Positions 1 through 7,314 of a DNA stretch of 64,000 nucleotides are shown in pieces (the stretch's first letter is position 1; each line of letters begins with the position of its first letter). The notes below the pieces were generated by a model. That model did no database searches, was not told where the DNA came from, and worked only from the letters and a program-made list of their open reading frames with translations. The position numbers and the translations under genes are program-made. The DNA comes from a virus (Duplodnaviria; Caudoviricetes). The stretch is from positions 32,001 through 96,000 of the IMG/VR virus record IMGVR_UViG_3300031134_000004; one strand, 5' to 3'.

Positions 1-15
1 AATGGAGATTATCAA

Positions 16-855
16 ATGACGCTTAACAGCATGATTGCAGAACGGGCTGTGGGGAAGTTTCCCATTTCCGTTGCAACATCGCTGGCGTTGGAAGCGGCGT
101 GCGGTATCCACGATGATTATCCCGTGAACCGCGCGCCCATTCTCGACTACCCAGCTTTCTGGGTTAATGTGCGAACCCTGATTCGGAACTTTATCGGATC
201 ACTTGACCGTCATTCTGTTAATAGCCTCGTGCCGGAAGATATTGCCGAGACCATTGCAGAAGAGATGCAGCACATCAGTGGTATCATTGCGGAGTATTCA
301 GAACACCGTAGTAACGTGACGTATTACTACAGCGACTACCATGACATGGAAAGTAAGTACAAACATGCCACGGTGCGCCGGGATAATACGGACAACCAAA
401 AAGAATACACCGCCATGCATGAAGTGGCTATGAAAGCGCTTCTTGAAATCACTGGCAACCAGATTCACCTCTTTACCTTAAAGCTCGAACCTGAGGCTTT
501 CCCTACGGCGATGATATTGACGAACTATGCGTACGACCTTGTGTCTTACAAGAAGTTCAACAAGCTCGTGTTACTTGAATCGCACACCGGAAGAATTAAG
601 GAACGGGCCCAATGGTACACGAAGTACTATCAAGGTGAGGGATTGTCAATGATCCCTTTCCGCGAAGACTTCCTACAAGTCTTTGGTGACAGTACCACTT
701 TTCGACCGATGGATCACCGCTTGCGCAAAGACATCATCGAAATTGCTACCAAGTACAACTGGAGCGCGGTCACAACCAAGGACAAGATTTTGTACGGGAT
801 CAATGCCATGAAGAACGACTATTACAAGACGATTCTGAAGGACATTCTCGTATAG
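16..855 (+). CDS. Conserved phiKZ-like core protein (gp66-like by synteny), function unknown
   Basis: 279-aa ORF with upstream GGAG; ISVATSLALE and FWVNVRTLIRNF motifs recalled from Chimalliviridae core proteins; lies immediately upstream of the ChmC/gp68/PicA block. Confidence 0.6.
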   Translation: MTLNSMIAERAVGKFPISVATSLALEAACGIHDDYPVNRAPILDYPAFWVNVRTLIRNFIGSLDRHSVNSLVPEDIAETIAEEMQHISGIIAEYSEHRSNVTYYYSDYHDMESKYKHATVRRDNTDNQKEYTAMHEVAMKALLEITGNQIHLFTLKLEPEAFPTAMILTNYAYDLVSYKKFNKLVLLESHTGRIKERAQWYTKYYQGEGLSMIPFREDFLQVFGDSTTFRPMDHRLRKDIIEIATKYNWSAVTTKDKILYGINAMKNDYYKTILKDILV

Positions 856-949
856 AACGGCCTTGCCTAAATAGCATTAGGTAAGATTTAACTACACTCG
901 CTCATCATCTGAGAGGCGCTACGGCGTCAAATAACAAAGGAAAACGAAC

Positions 950-1654
950 ATGGCTGGTCCATTCCCACAACGCGTGAAGAACGCACTCGACCATCGCAAG
1001 CTGAACCTGTCGGCACCAACGCCCGGCCAACAAGGCAAATGGTCGAGCCTTATCTGGGGCTTCCACGCGAACAACCCACGCATCACCGTCTGGACCAACG
1101 TGCCGGAAGATCAGACGGAAAAGAACGGCAACGGTAAGATCGCTGCCAACATGGACATGCCGACGATGTTCGCCATGGTCAACCTGCTGAACATGGCAGT
1201 CGATGCTGAAGGCGAAAAGCGCTGGAAGATCGAAAACAAGAACTTCATCTTCCCAGGCGGCAAGCGTTCGGAAAAACCGGTCGTGGTTTCCGAGACCTGG
1301 ATCGGCAAAGACGCCGAAGGTTGCGTGTTCATCAGCGTCACCGCGCGCGATCGGCCGAAGATCAAATTCGTGTTCGGTTCGTCGGACTTCCACCAGTTCT
1401 TCCACCAGAGCGGTGAACCGATGACCAAGGGCGAAACGTCCGTGCTGTTTGCACGCGGCTACGCACGCATCCTCGAAGGCATCCTGCCGGGTCTGGCAAT
1501 TGCCAACTACGAAGAACCGAAACCGAAAGAAGATCGCGGTGGCGGTGGCGGCAACCGTGGCAACTACGGTAGCGGCGGTGGCGGTGGCAATCGTTCGGGT
1601 GGTGGCGGCGGTGGTTCGTCGTTCGACGCTGGCGGGGACGACATGCCGTTTTAA
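950..1654 (+). CDS. chmC: ChmC-like (phiKZ gp67-like) nucleus-associated single-stranded nucleic-acid-binding protein with Gly-rich tail
   Basis: ~195-aa beta-rich globular part (RITVWT, SETWIGKDAEGCVFISVT, IKFVF) followed by a Gly/Asn/Arg-rich disordered tail ending DDMPF; directly upstream of the gp68-like gene; AAGGA RBS; strongly biased codons. Confidence 0.7.
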   Translation: MAGPFPQRVKNALDHRKLNLSAPTPGQQGKWSSLIWGFHANNPRITVWTNVPEDQTEKNGNGKIAANMDMPTMFAMVNLLNMAVDAEGEKRWKIENKNFIFPGGKRSEKPVVVSETWIGKDAEGCVFISVTARDRPKIKFVFGSSDFHQFFHQSGEPMTKGETSVLFARGYARILEGILPGLAIANYEEPKPKEDRGGGGGNRGNYGSGGGGGNRSGGGGGGSSFDAGGDDMPF

Positions 1655-1672
1655 GTAACACGGTAATACTCT

Positions 1673-1725
1673 AGCTTGAGAACCTAATCCTGCTCGGAAG
1701 GCGGGGTTAGGTTCTCAAGCTTTTT
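1673..1725 (+). terminator. Long hairpin with T-tract after chmC
   Basis: agcttgagaacctaatcctgc-tcggaag-gcggggttaggttctcaagct then tttt; about 21-bp stem including G-U pairs. Confidence 0.8.
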
Positions 1726-1819
1726 CTTCCCTTACTCTGGCACGAGAGTAATCTAGGAAACTTCAGGCATATATCACGTACTTGAGCAGTATCGTTCTGT
1801 TCTATAAAAGGGGATTGAT

Positions 1820-3361
1820 TTGAAACTAGAAATTAACCGATTCGGTCTTCAAGGGGCACCGTCGCAAGTGAACCTGGAGCATCGTGGTGTAGTGCTCGAA
1901 TGGAACATCGCTTTGTTTGACAAGGCAAGTTTCAATGGTGAGTTCGATATCTTCGAACAAATCAACGGGTACTGGGGGCACCTGGCGATGGAAGTACAAG
2001 ACAAGATCTTCAATGTGTATCAACGCATTAAAGATGTGTTCGATTCCGTCTGGGAAAACAGTGAACTGACCAAGCAGTTGTACCAGCTCATCAAAGAGCT
2101 GTACGTGCACCATCAGTTAAGCGACATCAAGTTCTGGATCTCGTTTCGCAGTAACGTCGTGGTGCCGGCTGGCCTGCGTGAAGAATTCAAAGAGTCGCAC
2201 GAAACACCAGGCACGCGTGAACGCACGTACCTGAAGGCAGACTACGAGTGGCTCGTGGCACTGTCTGTTGCACTGCGTCCCATGGTTCCAATCTGGGGCG
2301 AGTTCATCAACCGCACGCGTCGCGATGCCGGTACGGTGTTTAAAGAGTACTACGCATTCCAGTTGCTGGCGTACTCGAGCTTGTACAACTCTGAACCAAT
2401 GGAGCGCCTGCGTGTCTACGTGGAGCATTCCTTGCCAGCGGAGAAGTCCAAAGCAGCAGCCATCTTCGGCGGCATTTCGTCAGAAGACTTTCCGATGTGG
2501 GTGTTGGGTCTGGTCGTTGTTCGGCGTTTGTCTATCGGCGACGTACGCGGCACTGATCCAGGCACCACGCTTGTGAGCTTTATCTACAAGTACATCGGGC
2601 AAAAGGTGAAGGGGCATGACAACAACTTCATCGGCATGGTCAAAGACAAGCAAGTCGAAGGTCAGGGGCAAGAAGGGGAAAACAACCTGTCCAAACTCGA
2701 AGGGTACAAGATCAAGCAGGAAATTCCTGCGGGCGATATCGCCATCATCGAGTACCGTGCACGTCAACCGCTGCATCTGGCCAAGAAGCTGTGTCCTGAC
2801 ATCAGTGAAGAACTGGTGAAGGAATCGATCGCTACGGTGACGGCGGCGCTGCAAAACAGCACGATCTTCAATCCGCAAATGACCATGGTGCAATGGGTCA
2901 TGGCTGGCGTCTTGCCACCACGCGGCTTGTTGCATCTGAAGAAGACCACGGTCTTGATGGTCATGGGTGTCGTGCAAGCGATCCTGTGGCACAAAGGTCA
3001 CCGTGAGTTGGCAGGACTCATGACGGCGCTCGAACAAGACAGCGACGATGAGATGCTGCTCGGTGGTACGGATTCCCGTGCCCGCATTCCCAAAGACATG
3101 CTCGAGCAACTCGATGCGCTGTTCCCATACTCGCGTCGTCCAACGGGCAAGATGCGTCAAGTCAAGCGTACCAACGCTGCGATCGAGACCATCGAAGAAC
3201 TCAACAAAGGGTTCGGTAGTAACGTGTGGCGTCTCACCCTCCCAGCAGCTTGGGTCGAGCAAGTCACCGGTAATAAAAACAATCGGCGGTATAGCACCCC
3301 GCACGATATCAAAGTCAAGTTGGCAGCCCTTGCCATTCAATTAGCACAACGTACGTTTTAA
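1820..3361 (+). CDS. Non-virion RNA polymerase specificity subunit (phiKZ gp68-like)
   Basis: 513 aa, TTG start after AAGGGG; size and position between chmC and picA match gp68; ALRPMVPIWGEF and KLEGYKIKQ segments. Confidence 0.7.
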   Translation: MKLEINRFGLQGAPSQVNLEHRGVVLEWNIALFDKASFNGEFDIFEQINGYWGHLAMEVQDKIFNVYQRIKDVFDSVWENSELTKQLYQLIKELYVHHQLSDIKFWISFRSNVVVPAGLREEFKESHETPGTRERTYLKADYEWLVALSVALRPMVPIWGEFINRTRRDAGTVFKEYYAFQLLAYSSLYNSEPMERLRVYVEHSLPAEKSKAAAIFGGISSEDFPMWVLGLVVVRRLSIGDVRGTDPGTTLVSFIYKYIGQKVKGHDNNFIGMVKDKQVEGQGQEGENNLSKLEGYKIKQEIPAGDIAIIEYRARQPLHLAKKLCPDISEELVKESIATVTAALQNSTIFNPQMTMVQWVMAGVLPPRGLLHLKKTTVLMVMGVVQAILWHKGHRELAGLMTALEQDSDDEMLLGGTDSRARIPKDMLEQLDALFPYSRRPTGKMRQVKRTNAAIETIEELNKGFGSNVWRLTLPAAWVEQVTGNKNNRRYSTPHDIKVKLAALAIQLAQRTF

Positions 3362-3378
3362 ACAAGGAGTCAATAATC

Positions 3379-4824
3379 ATGGAACATCTCAAGTCTTTCC
3401 GTATCAGCAAACTGCTCTTGCAAGAGAGTGGCACGTATAACGATCAGATGCGTCGTCGTTACGATACGGTATTGCAAAACAACACGATGAACATGATGGC
3501 CGAACGTTTGGCTGGCGTGTCCGAATACCAAGCACCGCTCTTTGCTGGTATTGCCAACCAATTCATCGCGCCGCAAGCAACGCCTGAAAAGCAGATCGAC
3601 ATCAGCAACGGCTGGTCCGAACGCCGCATGCGCTTCATGATGGAAATCGAGATCGACTTGTACATGGGCGGTCGTATCAAGGAAGTCATCCTGGGCTGGA
3701 CGAGCCACCTGGGTATTTCGACTGCCGGCCAGATCGATCCGCAAATGGAATTCTTCGTGAATTCCACGCTGCAAATTCGCGAGACCATCGCCAATACGCC
3801 TGTCGGTCGTCAGACCTACTCGTCGGTCGTGGACAACTCGCACATCCTGGTTGACCCAAGCTGGAGCAGTATCTACACCGCGCAAGCCGATACGCGCCTG
3901 CGTCCAGAAGACGTCTTTACCACGATGAGCCGTACGCACCTGTCCGGTCTGGGCAAAGTCGCTGACGGTCGCACGATGTCGATGAACACGGCTGTCAAGT
4001 CGCGTCGCAGCAATGGTTCGGCAGCGAACTACATGGCTGACATCCTGCGCAGCCACAAGCAAGCATCGGTGCTCGAAGAAGCCGGTGCGGGTGAACAGGA
4101 AATCCTGATGAAAGCCCGTGGGTTCGCTCAGGAAAACATCGCTGCTGCCGACTACTTCCTCGCCGCTATCTCGCAACTGCGGGGCATGGGTGTGTCGAAC
4201 GTGTTCCAGTACAGCGACCTGATCTCGCTCGATGAAGGCGTCACGCATAACACCGTGGCGTCGTTCCTGGGCCAGACCCAAAAGTCGAGCGTACACCAAC
4301 AAGGTCAGACGCAGCACTGGGCAGGCGCCGATGCAGAAACCGTAGCAGCTACGGTACTGAGCCAATCGGTGCCAGCAGCCATGATGGAAGTGGGCCTGAC
4401 GAACGTCATGTTCAAGTCCACCAACCAAGACATCGGTAGCCAGATGCATACGGTCTTCATGGACATTCGTGGTTTCGTCCACGGCGACCTGTCGACCCAA
4501 GCGCAATACCTGCGTAACCAACTCGAGCAGACCATCCTGCGCGATTTGACCTACAACAACTCGATCTCGTATTCGGTCGAGATGAGCGTGGACTTGCTGG
4601 GGGAAACCTGGATCAAGATCTCGCTCAATGGTGGTCCGTTCATCGACTACGTCACGCCAAGCTTCTGCGATGCGCTGACGGTGCCGGTCCTGACCAACAA
4701 CAGCAATGCGGCAACGCAACTGGCGAGTGACTTCGAACTCCTGGCCAGTGCTTTGAGCGAAGCGTCCAAAGACGCACATCCAACGATCCAGTCGGCCGGC
4801 GGCACGGCGTGGGGTAACATTTAA
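3379..4824 (+). CDS. picA: Phage-nucleus protein importer PicA/Imp1 (phiKZ gp69-like)
   Basis: 481 aa; SGTYNDQMRRRY, GWSERRMRFMMEI, RLRPEDVF and PSFCDAL motifs; position directly after the gp68-like gene; AAGGAG RBS. Confidence 0.7.
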   Translation: MEHLKSFRISKLLLQESGTYNDQMRRRYDTVLQNNTMNMMAERLAGVSEYQAPLFAGIANQFIAPQATPEKQIDISNGWSERRMRFMMEIEIDLYMGGRIKEVILGWTSHLGISTAGQIDPQMEFFVNSTLQIRETIANTPVGRQTYSSVVDNSHILVDPSWSSIYTAQADTRLRPEDVFTTMSRTHLSGLGKVADGRTMSMNTAVKSRRSNGSAANYMADILRSHKQASVLEEAGAGEQEILMKARGFAQENIAAADYFLAAISQLRGMGVSNVFQYSDLISLDEGVTHNTVASFLGQTQKSSVHQQGQTQHWAGADAETVAATVLSQSVPAAMMEVGLTNVMFKSTNQDIGSQMHTVFMDIRGFVHGDLSTQAQYLRNQLEQTILRDLTYNNSISYSVEMSVDLLGETWIKISLNGGPFIDYVTPSFCDALTVPVLTNNSNAATQLASDFELLASALSEASKDAHPTIQSAGGTAWGNI

Positions 4825-4867
4825 TCACATCCCCCTTCTAAGATAGAGGGGGTTACGGGAGTACTAC

Positions 4868-6196
4868 ATGAAAATCCTCGAACTCTACAGCGCAGTACTG
4901 AAGATGGCCAAGCGCCACGTCAATGAAGATGGCACCGTCTCGCAAGTCTTCGGCGGCAAGAACGAGCCATCGCTCATCAAAGGCAAACGCATCGTCGTGC
5001 CAACGCGTGAACACCTGTCCAATCCCGACTGGTCCAATCGCGTCGTGTTCCATCCGCTGTCGGAAAACATCCTGCGCGGTGAATCGGCTGTGCTGGAAGA
5101 CTTCCGTCACGCACTGAACCTGCGCATCAACTGGACGATCGGCCTGGTCGGCTTCCAACTCCTGATGATCGCAGCGTCGAACGAAGAGCACGCCAAGCTC
5201 AGTCCGTACCAATCGGAATACCTGCGCTTTGTCAAGAACGCAAACAAGACCACGCTCGAAGCGTTCAAGAAACTGATGAAGGCCATGCCACTGGACCAAA
5301 CCCAGAAGGCGTTCGTCTCGATCTATCTGAAACGTGCTGGCACCATCGGCGAGCGTCGCTATTCGCGCGTCGGCGTCGTCAACTTCCCACTCTACCAAGA
5401 GCTGTGCAAGCCTGACGTCAAGGAAATCTGGGGCGTGAAGTTCGCCAACAAGAAAGATCCGGAAACCATCAAGAAGCTGCTCGAGCAGATGATTCCGGGC
5501 ATTGACGTTGACCACAGCCACAGCCGTGGTTCCGATTCGGGCGTGGCGCCGTATCTGGACGCCTTGATGAAATCGGTGATGGCAGTCTCGGCTGACCTGA
5601 ACGCACAGATCGACCTGTTCCAAAACGTTCTCGACGCCAATAGCCCTGACGAAGATGACGATGCGAACTCGAAGAACCTGCGGTTCAACGACGAATGGGT
5701 GGAAGTCTTCGACAACCTGGACGTCATGATCCCAGAAGTGCGCATGATCCCGATGCAAGCCGGTAACGACGGCGGCAAACCAGCAGCGCCTGCCCAACAA
5801 CCGACGGCCGCTACGGCGCCGGCAGCAGCACCGGCAGGTCCACTGCCAGCAGCATTGAGTGGTAACGGCTGGAACCAGCAAGCACAACCGCAAGCGCAAT
5901 CGGTCTTTGCGCAAGCAGCTGCTGCACCTGGCCCTGTTCACACCGGTCGTGGTCTGGACTTCGAATCGCTGCTGCGCTCGAACGGCGCTCTGGCCCAAGC
6001 AGTCGGTGGTGTCTCGGCACCGCAAAGCAATGGCTGGAATGGCAACCAGAGCCAAGGCAACAATGCACCATCGTGGGCACGTCCTTCCGGTAACTCCGGT
6101 AACAACTGGAACGGCGGCGGCAATGGTCCAAGCTGGGCACAAGGCGGCAACAATGGCGGCGGTAACTGGGGTGGCGGTTACAGCCCGTCGATCTAA
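4868..6196 (+). CDS. Conserved core protein (phiKZ gp70-like) with low-complexity C-terminal tail
   Basis: 442 aa; VVFHPLSENILRGES motif; last ~150 aa are Ala/Pro then Gly/Asn/Trp-rich; synteny between picA and the beta subunit. Confidence 0.7.
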   Translation: MKILELYSAVLKMAKRHVNEDGTVSQVFGGKNEPSLIKGKRIVVPTREHLSNPDWSNRVVFHPLSENILRGESAVLEDFRHALNLRINWTIGLVGFQLLMIAASNEEHAKLSPYQSEYLRFVKNANKTTLEAFKKLMKAMPLDQTQKAFVSIYLKRAGTIGERRYSRVGVVNFPLYQELCKPDVKEIWGVKFANKKDPETIKKLLEQMIPGIDVDHSHSRGSDSGVAPYLDALMKSVMAVSADLNAQIDLFQNVLDANSPDEDDDANSKNLRFNDEWVEVFDNLDVMIPEVRMIPMQAGNDGGKPAAPAQQPTAATAPAAAPAGPLPAALSGNGWNQQAQPQAQSVFAQAAAAPGPVHTGRGLDFESLLRSNGALAQAVGGVSAPQSNGWNGNQSQGNNAPSWARPSGNSGNNWNGGGNGPSWAQGGNNGGGNWGGGYSPSI

Positions 6197-6207
6197 GTAA
6201 TTAGGTC

Positions 6208-6247
6208 GCGGCATAAAGAGAGAGGGGGTCACCCTCTCTCTTTTTTT
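6208..6247. terminator. Hairpin terminator preceded by GCGGCATAA
   Basis: gcggcataaa-gagagaggg-ggtca-ccctctctc-ttttttt. Confidence 0.75.
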
Positions 6248-6287
6248 CTTTCAAGGAGCACAAAATGTCTTTCAAGGAATACAAAAA

Positions 6288-6449
6288 ATGGCTCTCGATC
6301 GTCGTAAAATGCAATTCGTTAAAGGGGTTGTCCTTACCCGAGCACAAGAAGAAGAACGACAACGAAACGCTCGCAAGTACAAAGGCGATCCCCGTCTTGC
6401 CGCTGCCCTTATTTTTGGGCTGACTGCACTAGGTTCGCCGTATCGTTAA
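6288..6449 (+). CDS. Small hypothetical protein, 53 aa (MALDRRKMQF...GSPYR), not in ORF track
   Basis: Translated by hand; AAGGA RBS before the ATG at 6288; TAA at 6447-6449 overlaps the stop of the convergent gene. Confidence 0.5.
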   Translation: MALDRRKMQFVKGVVLTRAQEEERQRNARKYKGDPRLAAALIFGLTALGSPYR

Positions 6450-6778
6450 ATTGTACGTTTGGTTTTATGAGCGCTTGCAATGCGGGCAACTAACTGCGTG
6501 TCAGGCAACAGCAAGTTACTGATAGTGCGGTCATTGTCCGTGGGTGATGTGAAGTTATTCATCCGCATTACGATCCAATGCATGTTGTCAGGCACCTTGT
6601 GAAACGAGAGCAGACTAAAAAAATCGAACTCGTACTTATATGCTGCCGCAGGATCAATCGCAACAATTTCTCGTACATTTTGACGCAGCACCGTCATGTG
6701 CGCTTCCAACACATTCCGGAAGTCCGGGTCGTAGTAGATGGAGGCGCCTGGGTCCCGCATGAGGTTATCCACAAGCAT
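6446..6778 (-). CDS. Conserved small protein, possibly baseplate-wedge/LysM-like (T4 gp53-like)
   Basis: AAAGGA RBS before the ATG at 6778; YKYEFDFFSLL...HWIVMRMNNFTSP pattern resembles LysM-like tail/baseplate proteins. Confidence 0.55.
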   Translation of the reverse strand: MLVDNLMRDPGASIYYDPDFRNVLEAHMTVLRQNVREIVAIDPAAAYKYEFDFFSLLSFHKVPDNMHWIVMRMNNFTSPTDNDRTISNLLLPDTQLVARIASAHKTKRTI

Positions 6779-6800
6779 TTTTATTCCTTTTGGTTTCAAT

Positions 6801-6820
6801 TACATATTACTAAAGTGTAC
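6801..6820 (+). promoter_or_regulatory. Putative early (virion RNAP) promoter
   Basis: tacatattactaaagtgtac resembles the phiKZ early consensus TATATTAC and the three other copies in this window. Confidence 0.5.
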
Positions 6821-6868
6821 CGTAGTTAGGTATTCAAATAATTAGTTCTTAAAAACAAGGAAAGCCCA

Positions 6869-7117
6869 ATGAAGAAACTGAAACTGAAAGAAGGGTACGA
6901 GGTCTTTGACGAACCGATCTGCGATCCAGATGAACTCAGAGACGTGAACATTCTGATCGAGACTTGTAAGCAACAGGGCTACGAGATCGATCAGGCAACC
7001 GTGCGTGATGCATGGACTGCGCATAGTGAAGAGTACTGTGCGAGTTGGTTGAACATCAATGGTCATGGCGACCGGTTGGTGGAGATCATTCTCCACTATA
7101 CTAAAGTCGTTGAGTAG
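6869..7117 (+). CDS. Hypothetical protein, 82 aa
   Basis: AAACAAGGA RBS; ORF track. Confidence 0.7.
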   Translation: MKKLKLKEGYEVFDEPICDPDELRDVNILIETCKQQGYEIDQATVRDAWTAHSEEYCASWLNINGHGDRLVEIILHYTKVVE

Positions 7118-7146
7118 TAAAGTGTGGTACAAACAAGGAGAGCATC

Positions 7147-7314
7147 ATGAAGTCGATACCCAAGATCAAGATGGAGCCAAACAAGCTCTGCGATCCTAAA
7201 CAAATGCCAGCACTGGGCCTGAATCCTTGGGAACAGCATTGCTGCATCGGCCCACGTAAGCTGATGTTTAGTAGCTTTCATCAGCAACAAGCGCAACAGG
7301 GGAAAAGCAAATGA
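7147..7314 (+). CDS. 55-aa microprotein homologous to the N-terminus of the downstream RNAP beta subunit, not in ORF track
   Basis: AAGGAG RBS; translates MKSIPKIKMEPNKLCDPKQMPALGLNPWEQHCCIGPRKLMFSSFHQQQAQQGKSK; TGA overlaps the next ATG (ATGA). Confidence 0.75.
   Translation: MKSIPKIKMEPNKLCDPKQMPALGLNPWEQHCCIGPRKLMFSSFHQQQAQQGKSK

Noticed and set aside
6265-6426. Alternative 53-aa ORF from the first duplicated RBS listed as a gene
   Set aside because: It overlaps the more protein-like 6288 ORF; kept only as a finding pending translation data
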